Shown here: positions 56,683-64,000 of the stretch, piece after piece
Position numbering within the stretch: the stretch's first letter is position 1
How the letters are laid out: each line of letters starts with the position of its first letter
Source: Pirellulales bacterium
GTDB lineage: Bacteria > Planctomycetota > Planctomycetia > Pirellulales > JALHPA01
DNA: 64,000 nt
Assembly (NCBI GenBank): GCA_041736895.1
Contig: JBGSSS010000210.1
Coordinates: 7,169 to 71,168, forward strand
Direction of reading: 5' to 3'
Position numbers and translations under genes: made by a program
Notes under the pieces: model-generated
What the model saw: only the letters and a program-made list of their open reading frames with translations
Databases searched by the model: none
What the model was told of the DNA's origin: nothing

Positions 56683-59099
56683 AAGTATCTCCCTGTGAAA
56701 AAGACCGCATCAACGAGTTCTTTCAGAGCGAGAGTAGCTGTGCGGAAGTTGAATTGGCCCAGCACCTTGAAGCCTGTGAATCGTGCCGTCAGTACTTCGA
56801 CTACCAAGCTGCTCCGCCGTACCGGTGGCGGGAAGCCACGCAACTGCTCCAACCCACCGAATTCGATCAGGCCAGCACCGCGGAGTTTTCCGCCGCAGCC
56901 CTGGGCCAGCGCGCGCCGCATCAGCCGTTGATGATTCAGTCGGTGCTCGATAGTCTCGCCCCCACGGATGATCCGCATCGCCTCGGGCGCTTGGGCGGTT
57001 ATGAGATTTCTGGCGTGATTGGGGTCGGAGGGATGGGCGTCGTGCTCAAAGCTTTTGATCCGGCGCTGGATCGTGTGGTGGCCATCAAAGTGATGGCTCC
57101 CCATCTGGCCAATAACGGCAGCTCCCGCAAGCGATTTACGCGCGAGGCGCGGGCGGCCGCGGCAGTGCTCCACCCCAACGTGATTCCCATCCACAGTGTG
57201 TCCAGCGATGCAGCGCTGCCGTACTTGGTCATGGCCTACATTCGGGGCGGCTCGCTGCAAAAACGGCTGCAACAACAGGGACCATGCACGACGGTCGAGT
57301 GTTTGCGGATCGGCGCGCAGATCGCAGCGGGCTTAGCTGCGGCCCATGAACAAGGGCTAGTGCATCGCGACATCAAGCCGGAAAACATCCTGCTCGACGA
57401 AGGGGTCGAGCGCGTCACGCTCACCGATTTCGGCTTGGCCCGCGCGGTGGACGATGCTTCGGTCACGCGCGATGGGACGATCGCCGGCACTCCCCAATAC
57501 ATGTCGCCCGAGCAAACACTCGGCAAATCGATTGATCAGCAGAGCGATTTGTTCAGTCTGGGATCCGTGCTCTATACTCTCTGCACGGGACGTCCGCCGT
57601 TTCGCGCGGATTCCTCTTATGCCGTGATGCGCAAGATCAGCGATGAAGCGCCGCTGCCGATTCGTGAATTGAATCCAGAAATCCCGGCGTGGCTCTGTGC
57701 CATCATCGGCAAGCTGATGGAGAAGAACAAAATCCACCGCTATAAAACTGCCCGCGAAGTTCATGAACTGTTGGAAGCGTGCTTAGCCCATGCTCAGCAG
57801 CCGACGGTCTTTCAACTGCCTGCTCCGCTCCGTGCTGGCAACAACAGCGCCGGCCGATTCCTGAAATTGGCGGCCGGATCACCGAGATTGCTGACTGTTT
57901 CCGCGGCTTTGGCCATCTTTCTAGGGATTGGCATCGACGCGGCATTTTTTGCCCCACCCCCGGCCAATCAGGCGGCCAATGAAATCCCCGGCGAGGGCGA
58001 AGCCCTGGGCTTTAGCTACACGCGCAAGGGCGACTTCATCTACTATAACGGCCGGCGCATCGACCAAGCTGGCAAAGAAACCCTTCTGCGGGCATCGTTG
58101 CGCCTGGGGCAAATGCTGAAACTTGCCCAAGACGTCGATGCCGCGAGCTTCAAAGTCCTGAGCGATGAATACACCAAGGACAAGAACAAGGTCTATTACA
58201 AATGGAACAGCCCTGATGGGCAATTTTGGGTGGTTGAACTGCCGAAAGCCGAGGCAATGAGCTTCGAAGTCATTGGCTTTAACCTTGGCAAGGACAACAA
58301 ACAGGTCTGGTGGTATGGCAGTCCGATGCCCGGCGTCGATCCCAAAACTGTCGAACTGGTGAACGATGGTTTCGTCTGGAAGGATGCTAAGAATGTCTGG
58401 TACCAGGATGAACAAATTGTCGAGGCAGATCCCCGGACATTTCGGCACCTGGAGCAAGCGTTTTATTCCGACAAGAGTCATGTTTATTGGTCGGGTACCC
58501 GCCTGAATGGCGCGAACCCTGTCCTCTTTCGGACGTTTGGCGACGAGAGTCCTTACGGCGCTGATCTGAATTGTGTGTGGCGGGGCTCCGAGCAAATTTT
58601 CAATGTTGATGCGCCATCCTTCGAGACGGTTCACCAGTCGGTCTATCTCGACAAGAATGGCGTTTACGCTAGCGGGAATCCCCTGGACAACGCCGATCCG
58701 AAAACCTTTCGCAAGTTAGTTAACCTGGACATCCATTTCACCGCGTTGCTGGCGGATGCGAATCAGCACTACGTCTATCTGCCGTATCGCGGCGAAGTCT
58801 ATCGCGTCTGGTTGGAAGACAAGGCGCTGAAAGTCGAGCGGCGGATTTGGTCTCTCAAGGACCCGCGAAAACCGGCCGCTGGATATAAATCCGTAGGGAT
58901 CTTCTCGGCAGAACTTGGAGCCAATGGCTGGATCAACCCCGTCTTCGCCTCGGACCTTCCGCCGAAAGAAAGTCAGTCGTTTGTGGATGAAGATATTCGA
59001 CTGCTCAAGCTCTACGACGGCCGATTCGCGAAAGCAAAGGAGATCCTGAGTAAAAAGCCCGATGCCAAAGAGGATGTTCCAAAAGAAGGCAATCAGTAA
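56679..59099 (+). CDS. anti-sigma (zf-HC2)-Ser/Thr protein kinase fusion with TM helix and DKNYY-repeat periplasmic domain
   Basis: HLEACESCRQYF zf-HC2. Kinase motifs GVGGMGVVLKA, HRDIKPENILL, DFGLA, GTPQYMSPE. TM segment LLTVSAALAIFLGIGI. Repeats DKNKVYY / DAKNVWY / DKSHVYW / DKNGVYA. Confidence 0.9.
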   Translation: MKVSPCEKDRINEFFQSESSCAEVELAQHLEACESCRQYFDYQAAPPYRWREATQLLQPTEFDQASTAEFSAAALGQRAPHQPLMIQSVLDSLAPTDDPHRLGRLGGYEISGVIGVGGMGVVLKAFDPALDRVVAIKVMAPHLANNGSSRKRFTREARAAAAVLHPNVIPIHSVSSDAALPYLVMAYIRGGSLQKRLQQQGPCTTVECLRIGAQIAAGLAAAHEQGLVHRDIKPENILLDEGVERVTLTDFGLARAVDDASVTRDGTIAGTPQYMSPEQTLGKSIDQQSDLFSLGSVLYTLCTGRPPFRADSSYAVMRKISDEAPLPIRELNPEIPAWLCAIIGKLMEKNKIHRYKTAREVHELLEACLAHAQQPTVFQLPAPLRAGNNSAGRFLKLAAGSPRLLTVSAALAIFLGIGIDAAFFAPPPANQAANEIPGEGEALGFSYTRKGDFIYYNGRRIDQAGKETLLRASLRLGQMLKLAQDVDAASFKVLSDEYTKDKNKVYYKWNSPDGQFWVVELPKAEAMSFEVIGFNLGKDNKQVWWYGSPMPGVDPKTVELVNDGFVWKDAKNVWYQDEQIVEADPRTFRHLEQAFYSDKSHVYWSGTRLNGANPVLFRTFGDESPYGADLNCVWRGSEQIFNVDAPSFETVHQSVYLDKNGVYASGNPLDNADPKTFRKLVNLDIHFTALLADANQHYVYLPYRGEVYRVWLEDKALKVERRIWSLKDPRKPAAGYKSVGIFSAELGANGWINPVFASDLPPKESQSFVDEDIRLLKLYDGRFAKAKEILSKKPDAKEDVPKEGNQ

Positions 59100-59182
59100 T
59101 CGACCTGCCGATCGCGATGCGACGTATCTGCGTCAAAAAAGGGGGCAGAACGGCTCTGGTGAAAAAGGAGTCCCAACTGAAG

Positions 59183-59488
59183 ATGAGCATGTTCAGACAA
59201 AACACAAAGTCCGTCGACCCCCAGGAGCTGCTGCCGCTCGAATTTCAGGCGCAGTGGGCGGTTGTCCCCAAGTTCGAACTCTATCAATTATTCGTGGCCG
59301 GCTTCGTAATCGGCGCTGGGGCCATGGCCTCGATTCTCGACATCACCGTGGGCCCGGCGTACCTCTGGTATGGGTTTCCCTTGGCTCTGGCGTATTGTGT
59401 TCTTCAGGCCATGATCCTGGGCCGGTTCGCCGATCGCCGGCTGCGGGAACTCGACGAGAGCCGCGCGAAGAATGAAAAAGAGAAATGA
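59183..59488 (+). CDS. small membrane protein
   Basis: ATG 59183 preceded by AAAAGGAG. Two hydrophobic helices and a basic C-terminus. No family recognised. Confidence 0.45.
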   Translation: MSMFRQNTKSVDPQELLPLEFQAQWAVVPKFELYQLFVAGFVIGAGAMASILDITVGPAYLWYGFPLALAYCVLQAMILGRFADRRLRELDESRAKNEKEK

Positions 59489-59602
59489 TGGCTCTGTAGG
59501 GAACTAAGGGTAAAGAAAAGGTGTCAGTAATGCATGGCACTTGGAGAAAAAGGGGGGGACAGAACTATTTGTTAGATTGTGCTAACCTCGTTTAGCCCAT
59601 TC

Positions 59603-61513
59603 CTACTCCACCTCCAGCGGCACCAGCTGGTCCCCGCCGCGCGGCGTCAGCCACGGCAGGAGTTCCGCGAGCGTCACGTTTTTGCGGATCGCCCGGATGT
59701 CGCCGCTGGCCATGATCACGCGCGCGAGCGGCTGGCTCTTGAACCCGAGTTCCGGCAATGGCTGCGCGTCGTCGATCAATAGATCGTCGGGCTTAGTCCA
59801 CGGGATCTCGGTCGCCGTTTCCAGGATCGCGATCGTCTTGCTGGTGCCGTCGTAGAAACGCTGTTCCGAAAAACCGAACTTCACGGGGATTTCGGGGCAC
59901 ATCGACTTGGGATGGACCGGCATGACATAGCACGTTGTGTTCGATTTCGGGTCCGAACCCGGGGCGCGGTACATGTTGGGCATTTGCGCGAGAACTTTGA
60001 GATTCGTTTCGCTATCCCACGGTTCGTCTTGATTGTATTTTTCGTACAGCGATTGTTCGCCGAGGAATGGCAGCAGTTGCACGCGCCAACTGACGGGCTG
60101 GCCTTCTTTGGACAGCGTCGTGGCGGGGTAAGTGCGCTTCGCGCGCACATGCTCGCGCATCGCTTCGCTGACCCAGCGGATGCCTTGCAATTCTCTTTCC
60201 ATTTGGACGAGCGTGGCGAGCGATTTTTTCACGGCCGCTTCCCACACGGCGGCGGGGATCGTGAGATTCAGCGAAATGACGCGGCCCTTTTGCGTGAGCT
60301 TGAGATCTGTGAGCGCCGCTTGCAACTCGCGGCCCAGCAACGCGCCGCCGCCGGGAATCAGGCGATTGATCTCGCTCAGGAACGGCAGCGCCAGCCCAGG
60401 TGCCTTGGCGCGCAGTTTTTCGAGCAGCGTGAGCGCCTGTTTCGCGGCGTCTTCGTCAGCAGCTTCGAACCGGCCGTAGAGTTTCAACCCCTCGGCCGTG
60501 TCCACGGCGACGAGCGCCAAATCGAGCTGCTCGATCAAGTCGCGCAGCGTTTGCTGTACCTCGGGCTGCAACTCGGAGAGGTAGCGGACGTTGACATAGC
60601 TCTTGGCGTAGTCGCGCACTTGCGCGAAATTGACCGCGGCGGAGAACGGGTAGCCCGCGATCTTGGCGTAGTCGGCGGCCCAGGCGGGGCCGTTTTTGGC
60701 GTCGAGCATTTGTGCGACGATCTGCCCGCGATACGAAAAGAGCAGCGTCCGGTCGCCCTCGGTGCAGATGGTCGCGGCATATTTCCATTTCTCTTCGGTG
60801 GGGAGCGGCTGGCGGTCTTCTTCCTCCTCCAGATTGCGCCGCGGGGGCGGCGCGGGCTTGCGGGGAGGAAGCGGTTCGCCCTTGACCGGCGGCGTTTCGT
60901 ATTCTTCGACCTCGACACGCGCTTTGTATGCGACCGGGTTAAACGGTTTTTCATGTTGCAGCGTCGAGACGCTGTGTTCCTGCTGCAAGACTTCGCGCGT
61001 GAAAGCCGGAACGGTTGCCGGTTTGTAATCCTGCTTGGCGTAGTTCAGCGCACGGTTGAATTGCGCGGCGTCCTTGTAGCGATAGACACGGCCTTCGAAG
61101 GGAGTCAGCAGATCTTTCTTGTGCGAGATGCGCGAGCAGAGGTGCCGGGTGTACGATTCGAGATCCAGGAACCCGGAATGTTCGCCGCCGGGAAAAATCC
61201 AGCGGCTATTGCGGTTGAAGTACATTGATTTCTGCCGCTCGCGTTCCTCGTCCGCTTTGGCGGCTTTGGTCAAGTGGTCATACAATTGCCGCACGGCCGG
61301 TTGTTGCAGCAACTCCGCCGGCCGCGCGGTCATGGTCATGTAGGCCGTCGCGGGGAGGAACTCGGGCGTTTGCGCCGCGCGGGTGCCGCCGGGGGTGGTG
61401 CTAGTTTCAGTAATTTCAGAAGCAGGAGTTGCTGGCGGTTTTTCTCCGCAGCCCGAGTTTCCCATACAGAAACTACCGACGACGAATGCCAAAAAGATTG
61501 CCCGCCAAAGCAT
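59603..61513 (-). CDS. lipoprotein with DUF1559-like C-terminal domain (no prepilin N-terminus)
   Basis: Lipobox MGNSGCG. C-terminal SWRVQLLPFLGEQSLYEKYNQDEPWDSETNLKVLAQMPNMYRAP...YDGTSKTIAILE matches the DUF1559 core. Confidence 0.7.
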   Translation of the reverse strand: MLWRAIFLAFVVGSFCMGNSGCGEKPPATPASEITETSTTPGGTRAAQTPEFLPATAYMTMTARPAELLQQPAVRQLYDHLTKAAKADEERERQKSMYFNRNSRWIFPGGEHSGFLDLESYTRHLCSRISHKKDLLTPFEGRVYRYKDAAQFNRALNYAKQDYKPATVPAFTREVLQQEHSVSTLQHEKPFNPVAYKARVEVEEYETPPVKGEPLPPRKPAPPPRRNLEEEEDRQPLPTEEKWKYAATICTEGDRTLLFSYRGQIVAQMLDAKNGPAWAADYAKIAGYPFSAAVNFAQVRDYAKSYVNVRYLSELQPEVQQTLRDLIEQLDLALVAVDTAEGLKLYGRFEAADEDAAKQALTLLEKLRAKAPGLALPFLSEINRLIPGGGALLGRELQAALTDLKLTQKGRVISLNLTIPAAVWEAAVKKSLATLVQMERELQGIRWVSEAMREHVRAKRTYPATTLSKEGQPVSWRVQLLPFLGEQSLYEKYNQDEPWDSETNLKVLAQMPNMYRAPGSDPKSNTTCYVMPVHPKSMCPEIPVKFGFSEQRFYDGTSKTIAILETATEIPWTKPDDLLIDDAQPLPELGFKSQPLARVIMASGDIRAIRKNVTLAELLPWLTPRGGDQLVPLEVE

Positions 61514-61612
61514 TGGGGTTGCCCCTGGTAGATGTGATGAAGTGAATGCCTCAATCTTAAAAAGATCGTACTCCGTCGTCTTACTATATCAGTCGTTAGA
61601 GGCGAATGCGCG

Positions 61613-61695
61613 CAAAAAACGGGCGACGGATTCCAATATGAAATCAGTCACCCGCATGGTTTTTTGTCAGTTTGCTAAGCGGCGAAGCGGCGGGG
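61613..61695 (-). repeat. ~85-bp repeated terminator-containing element, copy 1
   Basis: CAAAAAACGGGCGACGGATTCCAATATGAAATCAGTCACCCGCATGGTTTTTTGTCAGTTTGCTAAGCGGCGAAGCGGCGGGG, downstream of the stop at 61786. Confidence 0.7.
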
Positions 61696-61785
61696 ACTTT
61701 TGCTCGTTGCTTTACTTGCTCCCTTTTTTGAACCACGGACTGGCGCCGTGATCATGCGAGACGGACGGGTTGCATGGAGATTGAA

Positions 61786-63597
61786 TCAAGGCGCTTTGTT
61801 GCTTGGTTGTTTAGCAGAAGCTTGTTTTTCCCACTTCGCGATTTCGGCGGCAACCTGTGCACGATAGGCCTCCCACTCTTCGTCGGTGCTTTCTTCCTTG
61901 GGATCCTCGATATCCAATTCGAGCCACTTCGCCCATTGCAGATGCAAATAATTTCGCATCGTGATCTCGTCGTGCATGTGGCCGGCGAAGAAGCCCGAGG
62001 GTTGCTTGCCCCGCAGCACCTGACTATCTTGGTAGGGCTTGTCGAGCTGGCGAAACCGGAGCATGCCGGCGGGATTCGGCTCCAAACAATAAATGAGTTC
62101 CATCGCAATAATCGGTTCGACGCGTTTTAACGAGGCCTCGAATTCTTGCCAGAGTACCTCGCTGCTGCTCTCGCCCACCATTCCTGCCAACCCGACATTT
62201 TGCCTGATGACGTCTTCTCCTTTTTTCTCGACGTGCGGCGGAATATGCTGCAACAAGTCGAGCAAAATTTTTTCTCCAGCCCGTCGATCGATTTTGAGCA
62301 ACTGCTCTAGCGCAGCATTGCGGTGAGCTGGCCGCTTGGTCGCAATTCCGGCCAAGAGCAACTCGTGTTTTTGCTTGTCCGAAATGGCTTTGCTCGCCAT
62401 CAAATACTTCAGCACTTGCTCGCTGTACTCGTCGGTTTGCAAAAGTCGCAGGTACATTCCCGGCAGGCTTTCGGGATACCGTGTACGTGCCAGGTAGAGC
62501 AGCGGAGAGCTGATTCGACATTGGCCGTCTCCCTCTTGCTGGATGGTATATTTTTTAACGTACTCCTGCTCGCCCATCGCCGCAGCTCGTTCCCACCACA
62601 AGTCGAATTCCTTGTCGAAGCGTTTTTTATCTTCCTCATCATCTTCGTTCGGTCTCGCGAATTGTTCGTTGGCGAGGTCTTGCAGATGACCCTGAATCGC
62701 TTCGGCCGCGTTCCAGCGATGCCCGATAATATTGTTGATCGTGGGCGTATAGAAGTTGGTAAACCGCGGGGAATGGCGTTGCTTGAGCAGTGTCGGCACC
62801 GCTTGAAAGCCAAACTTGAACAGATTTTCTTCGCCCGGCCAACAATCGTTGACGATCAGTTTCGCCGTTTCGCTATGACGCGCGCCGCTCAGCAGATATT
62901 CATCGATCGCGCGTTCAACCGAATGGGGCGGAGAAACGGGATGCGCGACGCTTGCTTGTAACGAAGCTAGAAGTTCTTTGTAGATCGCTTGATTGATGGG
63001 CACATCGGCCAGAACGCGCTCGATGCGCTGTTTGCACTGCGCGAGGTTCGGCCGGGGCTTGTATAGTTCTTGATCGAACTGACACACAAAACAATGCGCC
63101 AACAAGGCTTCAAGCGAAGTATCCGGGAGGGAGACATACCCGTGGCGATTTTCAATGTTGATGGATTTCTCAAGCAACTTTTGTGCGGCTTTCTGTTGGC
63201 CGCTCCGGAGCAATTGAACCGCGACGAGCAACCCATGCAAGTTGTCGTTCTCACCGCAAATTTGCTCGAACGGCAAGCTATCGGGATCATCAACGGGGGC
63301 GACTTTTCTGAATTTGCCTAGCTCTTTAAGTTCGAAGCCGACGCGCATTTGCGGCGGCTTGCCCGGCTCGCGATAGCCGAGGATATATAAATCGGTAGCG
63401 GGCTCATCGCCGACCCGAAAGGAGCCATTTTCAATCAGGTATAGTTGCGAACTAGGCCGGAGTGGCGGCAGCCCCCATTTGTCCGCCAGCTTGACGAGCT
63501 TCTGCATCAGTTCGTCCGTGACGGGCTGCGGCTTTGGTTCCGCTGCCAAGCAGCTGGCTGTGAAGGCGAGCAAGCAGAGCACTGTTTTCATCGCCAT
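61786..63597 (-). CDS. hypothetical secreted protein
   Basis: MAMKTVLCLLAFTASCLAAEP signal peptide. 603 aa, helical. No family recognised. Confidence 0.65.
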   Translation of the reverse strand: MAMKTVLCLLAFTASCLAAEPKPQPVTDELMQKLVKLADKWGLPPLRPSSQLYLIENGSFRVGDEPATDLYILGYREPGKPPQMRVGFELKELGKFRKVAPVDDPDSLPFEQICGENDNLHGLLVAVQLLRSGQQKAAQKLLEKSINIENRHGYVSLPDTSLEALLAHCFVCQFDQELYKPRPNLAQCKQRIERVLADVPINQAIYKELLASLQASVAHPVSPPHSVERAIDEYLLSGARHSETAKLIVNDCWPGEENLFKFGFQAVPTLLKQRHSPRFTNFYTPTINNIIGHRWNAAEAIQGHLQDLANEQFARPNEDDEEDKKRFDKEFDLWWERAAAMGEQEYVKKYTIQQEGDGQCRISSPLLYLARTRYPESLPGMYLRLLQTDEYSEQVLKYLMASKAISDKQKHELLLAGIATKRPAHRNAALEQLLKIDRRAGEKILLDLLQHIPPHVEKKGEDVIRQNVGLAGMVGESSSEVLWQEFEASLKRVEPIIAMELIYCLEPNPAGMLRFRQLDKPYQDSQVLRGKQPSGFFAGHMHDEITMRNYLHLQWAKWLELDIEDPKEESTDEEWEAYRAQVAAEIAKWEKQASAKQPSNKAP

Positions 63598-63686
63598 TGT
63601 TTCGTCTCCGCCGAATGAAAGCTATTGAGTTGAAGCTCGTTGCCAGCGTTCCCGAAAAATTTTATAGTTTCCTAGGTCATTCTACA

Positions 63687-63778
63687 CAAAAAATGGGCGA
63701 CTGATTCCAATATGAAATCAGTCACCCGCATAGTTTTTTGACAGATTGCTAGGCGGCGAAACGGTGGGTGCATTGACG
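63687..63778 (-). repeat. ~85-bp repeated terminator-containing element, copy 2
   Basis: CAAAAAATGGGCGACTGATTCCAATATGAAATCAGTCACCCGCATAGTTTTTTGACAGATTGCTAGGCGGCGAAACGGTGGG, downstream of the stop at 63794. Confidence 0.7.
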
Positions 63779-63793
63779 GTAGATTGATGCGGT

Positions 63794-64000
63794 TCAAGTT
63801 TGCGTAGCTCGGCGCTTGCGACGCAACAGCGTCACCCCCATGAGCCCGCAACCGACGAGCGCAAGCATTCCCGGTTCGGGGATCGCGGTGACGCTGAGAC
63901 TGCCCGTGCTGTACAACTGGCTCGTGTTCCAAGCGAGGCCCGAGCCGAGTGTGGGCAAACTGAGCGTGTCAAAGCTGCCCGTCGTGTTGCCATCGAGCAG
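63794..64000 (-). CDS. PEP-CTERM sorting domain-containing protein, C-terminal part only
   Basis: Hand translation of the minus strand: ...LAWNTSQLYSTGSLSVTAIPEPGMLALVGCGLMGVTLLRRKRRATQT, stop at 63794-63796. Truncated by the window end. Confidence 0.75.
   Translation of the reverse strand: MLDGNTTGSFDTLSLPTLGSGLAWNTSQLYSTGSLSVTAIPEPGMLALVGCGLMGVTLLRRKRRATQT

Noticed and set aside
1-64000. rRNA, tRNA, tmRNA, RNase P, SRP RNA, integrases and phage genes
   Set aside because: Scanning the larger intergenic regions by eye (18149-18611, 36267-36690, 41251-41643, 42343-42874, 44679-45729, 55584-56070) showed none of the conserved cores I know for these RNAs. No integrase or phage-like ORFs were seen. 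A covariance-model scan would be needed to be certain.

Overview
GC-rich 64-kb chromosomal segment. Its gene content looks typical of Planctomycetota (Pirellulales-like). That call rests on motifs I recognise by eye, since no searches were possible. Supporting genes are two prepilin-type DUF1559 genes, a DUF1501 + PSCyt/DUF1549/DUF1553 pair, a DUF1592-type + DUF1552 pair, a giant PVC-type CxxCH heme-binding protein, four PEP-CTERM proteins, and an ECF sigma factor coupled to a Ser/Thr-kinase anti-sigma protein. Housekeeping genes include psd-pssA-ribE, rsmA and msrA, plus Fur-family, RidA-family, enoyl-CoA hydratase, OYE flavin reductase and VOC genes. I call about 53 CDS. I saw no rRNA, tRNA, CRISPR array or prophage. 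The most unusual content is non-coding. (1) A ~360-bp element occurs twice (2604-2965 and 44752-45110), and its core is 12 A-tracts spaced one helical turn apart, the signature of intrinsically curved DNA. (2) A RAYT-type HUH transposase (14156-14833) is bracketed by inverted GTAG-headed hairpins, and at least 14 related REP/REPIN-like hairpins are scattered through the window; several supply the TAG stop codon of the adjacent gene. (3) Tandem heptanucleotide arrays come in two flavours. The C-rich CCCCAAT type abuts the start codons of four unrelated genes. The AT-rich GACAATT/GATAATT type forms inverted arrays on both sides of the fur-family gene. Both resemble cyanobacterial STRR repeats. 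(4) Four tandem paralogous small two-TM proteins share an N-terminal NPYxxPQ motif, next to a DUF1810 gene and a duplicated DUF1810 5' fragment. There is also a RelE/ParE-type toxin-antitoxin pair and a lysine-rich histone-H1-like protein. Start codons were checked by hand where stated. All functional labels are inferences from remembered family motifs.
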